From the IMG/VR virus record IMGVR_UViG_2648501235_000001, positions 1-33,554 of that record: a stretch of 33,554 nt of DNA. One strand, given 5' to 3'. Source of the DNA: a virus. Its lineage: Duplodnaviria > Heunggongvirae > Uroviricota > Caudoviricetes. Within the stretch, counting starts at the first letter, position 1. Each line of letters begins with the position of its first letter. Shown piece by piece: positions 15,766-27,758 of this stretch. The notes below the pieces were generated by a model. It searched no databases and was not told the origin of the DNA. It saw only the letters and a list, made by a program, of their open reading frames with translations. Made by a program: the position numbers and the translations under genes.

Positions 15766-15947
15766 CATGTCATTGATGAGTCTCAATAACCTGCCGCCGA
15801 GTAGTTTTTATGCTCTGAATTGTATTTGTGTAGTAAACATGCTGACTGCAATGTAATAGAGTTTTTTAGCCTGTAACCTCTTGACGGCATTGAATTGCTT
15901 TTGTTATGAGTTGTAAGCCAATGTTATCATCTTGTATTGGGGTGGTT

Positions 15948-16664
15948 ATGAAGGATGGTGCGCTGCTCAGGAGTTCTTCACTTTTTATTGCCTACATGGG
16001 ATGCCTTGGATGGGGGAGTGCTTATTTCTATGGATGGGGTACTTCTTTTTACTACGGCTTCCCATGGTGGATTGTAGGTGCAGGTGTTGATGATGTTGCC
16101 AGAAGTTTATTTTTTGCAGTTATCGTCATTGCTATATTTCTTATCGGTTGGGGTATTGGTGTTGTATTCTTTTTCGCAGTGAAAAGAAAACATTCTATGC
16201 AAGAGCTAAATGTATTTCGCCTTTATTTTGCTGTGGAATTATTGTTTATGCCGGCAATTATTGAGTTTTCTATATTGAGACAGAAGATTCAGGTACCTCT
16301 TTTGCTACTGTCAGCAGCGATTGCGCTGGCGGTTACAATTTCGATAAGATCTTATGGGCGATTTTTATCGGTATCATGCTTCTATGATAAGCCATTTATA
16401 AAAAAACATTTTTTTGAGATTGTGATGATTGCTTTTGTGGCATATTTCTGGCTTTTTTCATTTCTGACAGGATATTACAAACCGCAGTTTAAGAAAGAAT
16501 ATGAAATGATTAATTATAATGATGGTTGGTATTATGTTCTTGCTCGTTATGATAATTGTCTGGTTTTGTCTACTTCTTTCAATGCAGGTAGTAAAAGGTT
16601 TGTCATTTATCAATCAGCACAAGATAAGAATCTTCAGGTTGATATTGTAAGGACCAGAATTTAA
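15948..16664 (+). CDS. Uncharacterised multi-pass (about 5 TM) inner-membrane protein; AT-rich cargo gene between pR' and the lysis cassette
   Basis: Open frame 15906-16664. Start is ambiguous: ATGs at 15906, 15921 and 15948, only the last with a weak G-rich SD. Hydrophobic segments LFFAVIVIAIFLIGWGIGVVFFFAV, LYFAVELLFMPAIIEFSIL, VPLLLLSAAIALAVTISI, FFEIVMIAFVAYFWLFSFL. About 27% GC in a sampled stretch. Confidence 0.55.
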   Translation: MKDGALLRSSSLFIAYMGCLGWGSAYFYGWGTSFYYGFPWWIVGAGVDDVARSLFFAVIVIAIFLIGWGIGVVFFFAVKRKHSMQELNVFRLYFAVELLFMPAIIEFSILRQKIQVPLLLLSAAIALAVTISIRSYGRFLSVSCFYDKPFIKKHFFEIVMIAFVAYFWLFSFLTGYYKPQFKKEYEMINYNDGWYYVLARYDNCLVLSTSFNAGSKRFVIYQSAQDKNLQVDIVRTRI

Positions 16665-16797
16665 TTGGCTGCATAAATAATATTTTAAGTTGCAAGTTGG
16701 CTATTCGTAGGAATAGAACCTTAGGCATGCTGAATGCGTTTTCTGAACATTGTTTTATAAACTGTGTCTGCTTGCTGTTGTGATCCTGCTTTTAGTG

Positions 16798-16908
16798 ATG
16801 GTGATGATGGATTTCACCAGCAGGATAATGTTGGTACTGACTGATGGCGCTCTGGTCTGCGGCATTGTGGTATTGCTGTGGCCGATGATGAAAGAACAGA
16901 ATGAATAA
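16798..16908 (+). CDS. Possible small hydrophobic peptide (36 aa; alternative ATG at 16828 with AGGA SD gives 26 aa)
   Basis: MVMMDFTSRIMLVLTDGALVCGIVVLLWPMMKEQNE: one TM-like segment with a charged C-terminus. Below ORF-track cutoff; no homology evidence. Confidence 0.2.
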   Translation: MVMMDFTSRIMLVLTDGALVCGIVVLLWPMMKEQNE

Positions 16909-17094
16909 TCCTTGACTTTTTTGTTTACTGTTTATTAAAAAATCAACCGCATGGTGAATCCTCCTTGGAGGGGCTAAATGATCGAGTTTTAAGGGCACGT
17001 AGCGAGTTCTGTTTGATCATTGCAGAACTTAGCGGGAGGCGCCATGCGTACATCACTAATGTTATTTCCTTCTATCATTTTCCTTGTGAGTTCT

Positions 17095-17121
17095 GGCTGC
17101 GCATGGCGCGGCCTTTTTTTT
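17095..17121 (+). terminator. Strong intrinsic terminator (plus strand) within the Q-S spacer
   Basis: 8-bp stem GGCTGCGC/GCGCGGCC (one G-U pair) with 3-nt loop (17095-17113) followed by TTTTTTTT (17114-17121). Confidence 0.6.
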
Positions 17122-17466
17122 ATGACCTGCCACTGGCAGATGGTCATCCTGTGATTTGATTCCGGTTCCGGCTTTTTAACTCTGTTCCTGTACACGGGAG
17201 AAATTCTATGTCGATTAATCGTTATGATATTGGTTACAAGAAGTACCACGTATTGTGTTGAGATAGAAAGCCTGGTGCCAGAGGTAAATGCAGCAGCATA
17301 ATAAAAAAGAGCCAGCGCAGAAGAGAACGGGTAAAAGAGTCTGCGCTGGCGTGGGGATATTCCCCGTGGAGAAATGATATGTAACACACATCGGGAACCT
17401 TTCTATATAAACATTATCATTATTGTCAATCATAACAGTCAGGTATTATGACGTTTATGCATCAGG

Positions 17467-17497
17467 GCCATCAGGAATTAACTGGTGGCTTTTTATT
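17467..17497 (+). terminator. Candidate intrinsic terminator 35 nt upstream of the holin start
   Basis: Stem GCCATCAG/CTGGTGGC (17467-17474/17482-17489, one G-U) with 7-nt loop, followed by TTTTTATT. Confidence 0.4.
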
Positions 17498-17529
17498 GTT
17501 GTCAGCTTCCGGATAACGGGAGACGGGGT

Positions 17530-17745
17530 ATGTACCAGATGGAAAAAATCACAACAGGTGTGTCATACACCACGTCAGCGGTGGGGACGGGATACTGGCT
17601 ACTGCAGTTGCTGGACAAAGTCTCCCCATCCCAGTGGGTGGCAATAGGCGTATTGGGTAGCCTGGTGTTTGGCTTGCTGACGTATCTGACAAACCTTTAT
17701 TTCAAGATTAAAGAAGATAAGCGTAAGGCTGCGAGAGGTGAATAA
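17530..17745 (+). CDS. S: Class II holin (pinholin), phage 21 S type, with dual-start motif
   Basis: [71 protein letters not shown] parallels phage 21 S as recalled; ATGs at 17530 and 17539; GGAG SD. The six-frame ORF start at 17485 is GTG. Confidence 0.85.
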   Translation: MYQMEKITTGVSYTTSAVGTGYWLLQLLDKVSPSQWVAIGVLGSLVFGLLTYLTNLYFKIKEDKRKAARGE

Positions 17746-18242
17746 TGTCGCCATCATTACGCAGGGCTGTTGCTGCTGCTATTGGTGGTGGGGCTGTTGC
17801 CATAGCGTCTGTGCTCATCACTGGTCCGAGTGGTGACGATGGCCTGGAAGGTGTCAGCTACATACCATACGAAGATATCGTTGGCGTATGGACTGTATGT
17901 CACGGACACACCGGAAAAGACATCATTCCCGGTAAAACGTATACCGAAGCAGAATGCAAAGCCCTCCTGAATAAAGACCTTGCCATGGTCGCCAGACAAA
18001 TTAACCCGTACATCAAAGTCGATATACCGGAAACAACGCGCGGCGCTCTTTACTCGCTCGTTTACAACGTGGGCGCTGGTAATTTCAGAACATCGACGCT
18101 TCTTCGCAAAATAAACCAGGGTGATATCAAAGGCGCATGTGACCAGCTACGTCGCTGGACATACGCTGGCGGTAAGCAATGGAAAGGGCTGATGACCCGT
18201 CGTGATATTGAGCGTGAAGTCTGTTTGTGGGGGCAGCAATGA
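17745..18242 (+). CDS. R: SAR endolysin (signal-anchor-release lysozyme), phage 21 R type
   Basis: N-terminal SAR domain [22 protein letters not shown] followed by a lysozyme domain ([23 protein letters not shown]...); start overlaps the holin stop (TAATG). Confidence 0.9.
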   Translation: MSPSLRRAVAAAIGGGAVAIASVLITGPSGDDGLEGVSYIPYEDIVGVWTVCHGHTGKDIIPGKTYTEAECKALLNKDLAMVARQINPYIKVDIPETTRGALYSLVYNVGAGNFRTSTLLRKINQGDIKGACDQLRRWTYAGGKQWKGLMTRRDIEREVCLWGQQ

Positions 18243-18706
18243 GCAGGGTAACCGCGATTATCTCCGCTCTGGTTATTTGCATCATCCTCTGCCTGTCATG
18301 GGCTGTTAATCATTACCGTGATAACGCCATCGCCTACAAAGAGCAGCGTGATAAAAAAGTCAGTGAGCTGAAGCAGGCGACCGCCACCATTACTGACATG
18401 CAGCAACGCCAGCGTGCTGCTGATGTACTCGATGCTAAATACACGAAGGAGTTGGCTGATGCGAAAGCTGAAAATGATGCTCTTCGGCGCAAGCTTGATA
18501 ATGGTGGTCGGGTGCTCGTCAAAGGAAAATGCTCTGTGCCATCCTCAGCCGAAACCTCCAGCGCCTCCGGCATGGGCAATGATGCCACCGTCGAACTCTC
18601 TCCAGTTGCTGGACGAAACGTTCTCGGTATCCGGGACGGAATTATCCGTGACCAAACAGCACTGAGAACGCTTCAGGAGTACATCAGGACGCAATGCCTG
18701 AAATAA
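18239..18706 (+). CDS. Rz: Spanin inner-membrane subunit Rz (i-spanin)
   Basis: [34 protein letters not shown]... (N-terminal TM plus coiled coil) parallels lambda Rz; ATG overlaps the R stop (ATGA). Confidence 0.85.
   Translation: MSRVTAIISALVICIILCLSWAVNHYRDNAIAYKEQRDKKVSELKQATATITDMQQRQRAADVLDAKYTKELADAKAENDALRRKLDNGGRVLVKGKCSVPSSAETSSASGMGNDATVELSPVAGRNVLGIRDGIIRDQTALRTLQEYIRTQCLK
18459..18665 (+). CDS. Rz1: Spanin outer-membrane lipoprotein subunit Rz1 (o-spanin), embedded in the +1 frame of Rz
   Basis: [44 protein letters not shown]...: lipobox VVGC and Pro-rich mature region as in lambda Rz1; AAGGAG SD 8 nt upstream. Confidence 0.75.
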   Translation: MRKLKMMLFGASLIMVVGCSSKENALCHPQPKPPAPPAWAMMPPSNSLQLLDETFSVSGTELSVTKQH

Positions 18707-18738
18707 TTTTTTTGCAAATCACAAAGTCAATTTAATGA

Positions 18739-18762
18739 GCCTCGCGATGCGGGGCTTTTTTA
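18739..18762 (+). terminator. Intrinsic terminator downstream of Rz/Rz1
   Basis: Stem GCCTCGC/GCGGGGC (one G-U) with 3-nt loop (18739-18755) followed by TTTTTT. Confidence 0.5.
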
Positions 18763-18904
18763 CGTCCGCAGTAAACGCGCATCTCACGCGCATATTAACG
18801 AGAGCCTTTCAGTAAGCGAGCCTGAGAAATGCCGTTATAGGTGGCGACCTCTCTCGGGCGGCTTTTCTGTGAGACAGGCTCACTTTCTAAAAGGTAAAGA
18901 CGCT

Positions 18905-19429
18905 ATGAATAATCATTCAGTTATTCCAGCCTTCGACTTCCGAGAAATGGTGCAAGCCAAAAACGGAGAGGTCGTTACCACATCCAGAAAAATTGCCAAG
19001 TACTTCGGCAAGCGACACGGTGATGTTCTCAGGAAAATCGAGCAGGTTAAGGCTGATTGCTCGCGTGAGTTTAGCCAACGCAATTTTGCGTCGGCTGATT
19101 ATATCGATGAGCAGGGCAAGGTTCGCCCGATGTACAGCCTGACGAAAGATGGCTGGATCATGGTTGTGATGGGGTTCACCGGGAAAGCTGCTGCGGCAAT
19201 CAAGGAGAGCTATATCGCAGCATTCAACTGGATGGCAGAGCAACTGAGCCGCCGCATGGCAATTGGCGAAGAAATGCAGCACCGCTACGCCATCAAAGAA
19301 ACACGCTCAAAGCTGAAAGGTACGATCGGCAGTCGGTTAATGAACGAACGGAAGAAAGAGAAGCGTGTCCTGGCTGTCGAGCATGAATACATTTTGCAGG
19401 TGACACAGCCTGAACTGCTGATTAATTGA
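18905..19429 (+). CDS. rha: Rha-family phage regulatory protein
   Basis: ...TTSRKIAKYFGKRHGDVLRKIEQV... fits the Rha signature; ATG at 18905. The six-frame ORF start at 18869 lacks an SD. Confidence 0.65.
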   Translation: MNNHSVIPAFDFREMVQAKNGEVVTTSRKIAKYFGKRHGDVLRKIEQVKADCSREFSQRNFASADYIDEQGKVRPMYSLTKDGWIMVVMGFTGKAAAAIKESYIAAFNWMAEQLSRRMAIGEEMQHRYAIKETRSKLKGTIGSRLMNERKKEKRVLAVEHEYILQVTQPELLIN

Positions 19430-19749
19430 AGATGTCATTACAAAGCCTATCTACGGGTGGGCTTGATAATGGCTTATACCCTGCACGGGATAACTTAACT
19501 GATATCCCTTTTAACGGATAAAGGTATTCAAGCCTGACACATCATGCGCTGTATCGTCGCCGTATTCCCGCATTAACCATGACCGTAGCCCGACGGGGAA
19601 TTCCTTCTGCGTGAGTGTGCGGGAATAATCAAAAACGATGCACACCGGGTTTTTACCGCGTTTATGATTCGTGGGTTTGTCCCTCATGCTCGCCAGTCCT
19701 GTGCGGGGGTGGAAGAAACAAGATATTAACGCAAGTGATAATCATTCTA

Positions 19750-19960
19750 ATTTGTCGGGTCCTTTCCGGCGATCCGACAGGTTACGGGGCGGCGACCTCG
19801 CGGTTTTTCACTATTTATGAAAATTTTCCGGTTTAAGGCGTTTCCGTTCTTCTTCGCCGTAACCTAATGTTTTTATTTAAAACACCCCCTGAAAAGAAAG
19901 GAAACGACAGGTGCTGAAAACGGGCTTTTTGGCCTCTGTCGTTTCCTTTCTCTGTTTTTG
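19750..19960. other. cos: cos site (cosQ-cosN-cosB); 12-nt cohesive-end sequence GGGCGGCGACCT at 19787-19798
   Basis: ...GATCCGACAGGTTACG|GGGCGGCGACCTCGCGGTTTTTCACTATTTATGAAAATTTTCCGGTTTAAGGCG... matches the junction of the lambda right and left genome ends as recalled, directly upstream of nu1. Confidence 0.85.
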
Positions 19961-19975
19961 TCCGTGGAATGAACA

Positions 19976-20495
19976 ATGGAAGTCAACAAAAAGCAGCTGG
20001 CTGACATTTTCGGCGCGAGTATCCGTACCATTCAGAACTGGCAGGAGCAGGGAATGCCCGTTCTGCGAGGCGGTGGCAAGGGTAATGAGGTGCTTTATGA
20101 CTCTGCCGCCGTCATAAAATGGTATGCCGAAAGGGATGCTGAAATTGAGAACGAAAAGCTGCGCCGGGAAGTTGAAGAACTGCGGCAGGCCAGCGAGGCA
20201 GATCTCCAGCCAGGGACTATTGAGTACGAACGCCATCGACTTACGCGTGCGCAGGCCGACGCACAGGAGCTGAAGAATGCCAGAGACTCCGCTGAAGTGG
20301 TGGAAACCGCATTCTGTACTTTCGTGCTGTCGCGGATCGCAGGTGAAATTGCCAGTATTCTCGACGGGATCCCCCTGTCGGTGCAGCGGCGTTTTCCGGA
20401 ACTGGAAAACCGACATGTTGATTTCCTGAAACGGGATATCATCAAAGCCATGAACAAAGCAGCCGCACTGGATGAACTGATACCGGGGTTGCTGA

Positions 20496-20521
<26 letters not shown>
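19976..20521 (+). CDS. nu1: Terminase small subunit Nu1
   Basis: MEVNKKQLADIFGASIRTIQNWQEQGMPVLRGGGKGNEVLYDSAAVIKWYAERDAEIENEKL..., near-identical to lambda Nu1. Confidence 0.95.
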
Positions 20522-24202
<3,681 letters not shown>

Positions 24203-24222
<20 letters not shown>

Positions 24223-25522
24223 TCTCCCGCATATTGCCAGCATGGCCTTTAATGAGCCGCTGATGCTTGAACCCGCCTATGCGCGGGTTTTCTTTTGTGC
24301 GCTTGCAGGCCAGCTTGGGATCAGCCGCCTGACAGATGCGGTGTCCGGTGACAGCCTGACTGCCGGAGAGGCACCCGCGACGCTGGCGTTATCCGGTGAT
24401 GATGACGGACCACGACAGGCCCGCAGTTATCAGGTCATGAACGGCATCGCCGTGCTGCCGGTTTCCGGCACGCTGGTCAGCCGGACGCGGGCGCTGCAGC
24501 CGTATTCGGGGATGACCGGTTACAACGGCATTATCGCCCGTCTGCAACAGGCTGCCAGCGATCCGATGGTGGACGGCATTCTGCTCGATATGGACACGCC
24601 CGGCGGGATGGTGGCGGGGGCATTTGACTGCGCTGACATCATCGCCCGTGTGCGTGACATAAAACCGGTATGGGCGCTTGCCAACGACATGAACTGCAGT
24701 GCAGGTCAGTTGCTTGCCAGTGCCGCTTCCCGGCGTCTGGTCACGCAGACCGCCCGGACAGGCTCCATCGGCGTCATGATGGCTCACAGCAATTACGGTG
24801 CTGCGCTGGAGAAACAGGGCGTGGAAATCACGCTGATTTACAGCGGCAGCCATAAGGTGGATGGCAACCCCTACAGCCATCTTCCGGATGACGTCCGGGA
24901 AACACTGCAGTCCCGGATGGATGCAACCCGCCAGATGTTTGCGCAGAAAGTGTCGGCATATACCGGCCTGTCCGTGCAGGCTGTTCTGGATACCGAGGCT
25001 GCAGTGTACAGCGGTCAGGAGGCCATTGATGCCGGACTGGCTGATGAACTTGTTAACAGCACCGATGCGATCACCGTCATGCGTGATGCACTGGATGCAC
25101 GTAAATCCCGTCTCTCAGGAGGGCGAATGACCAAAGAGACTCAATCAACAACTGTTTCAGCCACTGCTTTGCAGGCTGACGTTACTGACGTGGTGTCAGC
25201 GACGGAGGGCGAGAACGCCAGCGCGGCGCAGCCGGACGTGAACGCGCAGATCACCGCAGCGGTTGCGGCAGAAAACAGTCGCATTATGGGGATCCTCAAC
25301 TGTGAGGAGGCCCACGGACGCGAAGAACAGGCACGCGTACTGGCCGGAACCCCCGGAATGACCGTGGAAACGGCCCGCCGCATTCTGGCAGCTGCACCAC
25401 AGAGTGCACAGACGCGCAGTGACACTGCGCTGGATCGTCTGATGCAGGGTGCACCGGCACCGCTGGCTGCAGGTAACCCGGCATCTGATGCCGTTAACGA
25501 TTTGCTGAACACACCAGTGTAA
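24203..25522 (+). CDS. C: Head protease / scaffold-processing protein C
   Basis: GTG at 24203 (V/M-TAELRNLPHIASMAFNEPLMLEPAYARVFFCALAG...), 439 aa, lambda gpC-like. The six-frame ORF start at 24068 lies inside B. Confidence 0.9.
24917..25522 (+). CDS. nu3: Scaffolding protein Nu3 (in-frame nested within the 3' part of C)
   Basis: Internal ATG at 24917 (MDATRQMFAQKVSAYTG...) gives 201 aa sharing the C stop, as in lambda C/Nu3. Confidence 0.7.
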   Translation: MDATRQMFAQKVSAYTGLSVQAVLDTEAAVYSGQEAIDAGLADELVNSTDAITVMRDALDARKSRLSGGRMTKETQSTTVSATALQADVTDVVSATEGENASAAQPDVNAQITAAVAAENSRIMGILNCEEAHGREEQARVLAGTPGMTVETARRILAAAPQSAQTRSDTALDRLMQGAPAPLAAGNPASDAVNDLLNTPV

Positions 25523-25531
25523 GGGATGTTT

Positions 25532-25864
25532 ATGACGAGCAAAGAAACCTTTACCCATTACCAGCCGCTGGGCAACAGTGACCCGGCTCATACCGCAACC
25601 GCGCCCGGCGGATTGAGTGCGAAAGCGCCTGCAATGACCCCGCTGATGCCGGATACCTCCACCCGTAAGCTGGTTGCGTGGGATGGCACCACCGACGGTG
25701 CTGCCGTTGGCATCCTGGCGGTTGCTGCTGACCAGACCAGCACCACGCTGACGTTCTACAAGTCAGGCACGTTCCGTTATGAGGATGTGCTCTGGCCGGA
25801 GGCTGCCACCGACGAGACGAAAAAACGGACCGCGTTTGCCGGAACGGCAATCAGCATCGTTTAA
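25532..25864 (+). CDS. D: Head decoration protein D
   Basis: [92 protein letters not shown]..., lambda gpD. Confidence 0.9.
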   Translation: MTSKETFTHYQPLGNSDPAHTATAPGGLSAKAPAMTPLMPDTSTRKLVAWDGTTDGAAVGILAVAADQTSTTLTFYKSGTFRYEDVLWPEAATDETKKRTAFAGTAISIV

Positions 25865-25884
25865 CCTTACCCTTCATCACTAAA

Positions 25885-25907
25885 GGCCGCCTGTGCGGCT
25901 TTTTTTA
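25885..25907 (+). terminator. Hairpin + U-run between D and E (attenuator or processing/stability element)
   Basis: GGCCGC-CTGT-GCGGCT followed by TTTTTTT. Any terminator here must be partial because E lies downstream. Confidence 0.35.
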
Positions 25908-25919
25908 CGGGATTTTTTT

Positions 25920-26945
25920 ATGTCGATGTACACAACCGCCCAGCTGCTGGCGGCAAATGAGCAGAAATTTAAGTTTGATCCGCTGTTTCTGCGTCTCTTT
26001 TTCCGTGAGAGCTATCCCTTCACCACGGAGAAGGTCTATCTCTCACAAATTCCGGGACTGGTAAACATGGCGCTGTACGTTTCGCCGATTGTTTCCGGTG
26101 AGGTTATCCGCTCCCGTGGCGGCTCCACCTCTGAATTTACGCCGGGATATGTCAAGCCGAAGCATGAGGTGAATCCGCAGATGACCCTGCGTCGCCTGCC
26201 GGATGAAGATCCACAGAATCTGGCAGACCCTGCTTACCGTCGCCGTCGCATCATCCTGCAGAACATGCGTGACGAGGAGCTGGCCATTGCCCAGGTCGAA
26301 GAGATGCAGGCCGTTTCTGCCGTGCTCAAGGGCAAATACACCATGACCGGTGAAGCCTTCGATCCGGTTGAGGTGGATATGGGCCGCAGTGCGGCGAATA
26401 ACATCACACAGTCCGGCGGCACGGAGTGGAGTAAGCGTGACAAGTCCACGTATGACCCGACCGACGATATCGAAGCCTACGCGCTGAACGCCAGCGGTGT
26501 GGTGAATATCATCGTGTTTGATCCGAAAGGCTGGGCGCTGTTCCGTTCCTTCAAAGCCGTCAGGGAGAAGCTGGATACCCGTCGCGGCTCTAATTCCGAG
26601 CTGGAGACAGCGGTAAAAGACCTGGGCGAAGCGGTGTCCTATAAGGGGATGTATGGCGATACGGCGATCGTCGTGTATTCCGGACAGTACGTGGAAAACG
26701 ACGTCAAAAAGAACTTCCTTCCGGACAACACGATGGTGCTGGGGAACACTCAGGCACGCGGTCTGCGCACCTATGGCTGCATTCAGGATGCGGACGCACA
26801 GCGCGAAGGTATTAACGCCTCTGCCCGCTACCCGAAAAACTGGGTGACCACCGGCGATCCGGCGCGTGAGTTCACCATGATTCAGTCAGCACCGCTGATG
26901 CTGCTGGCTGACCCTGATGCGTTCGTGTCCGTACAACTGGCGTAA
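25920..26945 (+). CDS. E: Major capsid protein E
   Basis: MSMYTTAQLLAANEQKFKFDPLFLRLFFRESYPFTTEKVYLSQIPGLVNMALYVSPIVSGE..., lambda gpE; ATG at 25920. Confidence 0.95.
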   Translation: MSMYTTAQLLAANEQKFKFDPLFLRLFFRESYPFTTEKVYLSQIPGLVNMALYVSPIVSGEVIRSRGGSTSEFTPGYVKPKHEVNPQMTLRRLPDEDPQNLADPAYRRRRIILQNMRDEELAIAQVEEMQAVSAVLKGKYTMTGEAFDPVEVDMGRSAANNITQSGGTEWSKRDKSTYDPTDDIEAYALNASGVVNIIVFDPKGWALFRSFKAVREKLDTRRGSNSELETAVKDLGEAVSYKGMYGDTAIVVYSGQYVENDVKKNFLPDNTMVLGNTQARGLRTYGCIQDADAQREGINASARYPKNWVTTGDPAREFTMIQSAPLMLLADPDAFVSVQLA

Positions 26946-26986
26946 TCATGGCCCTTCGGGGCCATTTTCTCTCTGTGGAGGAGTCC

Positions 26987-27382
26987 ATGACGAAAGATGA
27001 ACTGATTTCCCGTCTTCAGGTGCTGGGTGAGCAACTGAACCGTGATGTCAGCCTGACGGGGACGAAAGAAGAACTGGCGCTCCGTGTGGCAGAGCTGGAA
27101 GAGGAGCTTGATGACACGGATGACGCTGCCGGTCAGGACACGTCTGTCAGCCCGGAAAATGCGCTGACCGGGCATGAAAATGAGGTGGTGTCAGCGCAGC
27201 CGGGTACCGTGACTGATACGGCTGATCTGGTCACGGTTGTGGCACTGGTGACGCTGCATACTGATGCACTTCACGCCACGCGGGATGAGGCTGTGGCATT
27301 TGTGCTGCCGGGAACGGCGTTCCGTGTTTCTGCCAGTGTGGCAGCCGAAATGACAGAACATGGCCTGGCCAGAATGCAATAA
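26987..27382 (+). CDS. FI: DNA-packaging/head completion protein FI
   Basis: MTKDELISRLQVLGEQLNRDVSLTGTKEELALRVAELEEELDD..., lambda gpFI-like; ATG at 26987 with GGAGGAG SD. An UUCG-tetraloop hairpin (26948-26965) precedes it. Confidence 0.85.
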   Translation: MTKDELISRLQVLGEQLNRDVSLTGTKEELALRVAELEEELDDTDDAAGQDTSVSPENALTGHENEVVSAQPGTVTDTADLVTVVALVTLHTDALHATRDEAVAFVLPGTAFRVSASVAAEMTEHGLARMQ

Positions 27383-27393
27383 CGGGAGGCGCT

Positions 27394-27747
27394 GTGGCTG
27401 ATTTCGATAACCTGTTCGATGCTGCCATTGCCCGCGCCGATGAAACGATACGCGGGTACATGGGAACGTCAGCCACCATGACATCCGGTGAGCAGTCCGG
27501 CGCAGTAATACGTGGTGTTTTTGATGACCCTGAAAATATCAGCTATGCCGGACAGGGCGTGCGTGTTGAAGGCTCCAGCCCGTCCCTGTTTGTCCGGACT
27601 GATGATGTGCGGCAGCTGCGGCGCGGCGACACGCTGACCATCGGTGAGGAAAACTTCTGGATAGACCGGATTTCACCGGATGATGGCGGAAGCTGTCATC
27701 TCTGGCTTGGGCGTGGCGTGCCGCCTGCCGTTAACCGTCGTCGCTGA
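27394..27747 (+). CDS. FII: Head-tail connector protein FII
   Basis: GTG start at 27394 with GGGAGG SD; (M)ADFDNLFDAAIARADETIRGYMGTSA..., lambda gpFII. Confidence 0.9.
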   Translation: MADFDNLFDAAIARADETIRGYMGTSATMTSGEQSGAVIRGVFDDPENISYAGQGVRVEGSSPSLFVRTDDVRQLRRGDTLTIGEENFWIDRISPDDGGSCHLWLGRGVPPAVNRRR

Positions 27748-27758
27748 AAGGAGGAGGT

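Noticed and set aside
16792-16998. Minus-strand ORF (68 aa) ending in a run of five histidines (…EIHHHHH), superficially like an engineered His-tag
   Set aside because: The His codons are simply the reverse complement of an ATG/GTG-rich plus-strand stretch (GTGATGGTGATGATGG) at the start of a plus-strand small ORF. There is no SD, it lies in an AT-rich spacer, and it overlaps better plus-strand features. Judged a six-frame artefact.
17044-17154. 36-aa lipoprotein-signal-like ORF with strong SD (MRTSLMLFPSIIFLVSSGC...) as a confident gene
   Set aside because: The frame contains a strong intrinsic terminator (17095-17121), so a full-length mRNA is unlikely. The mature part would be only about 18 aa and the lipobox (SSGC) is atypical. 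Kept only as a low-confidence observation inside the spacer finding, possibly a remnant of an Rz1/Bor/Cor-type lipoprotein gene.
15670-17529. tRNA genes in the Q-S interval (common in lambdoid and Stx prophages)
   Set aside because: By eye I found no T-arm consensus (GGTTCGAATCC-like) or cloverleaf-compatible segment in this interval. Not excluded without a tRNA-scanning program.
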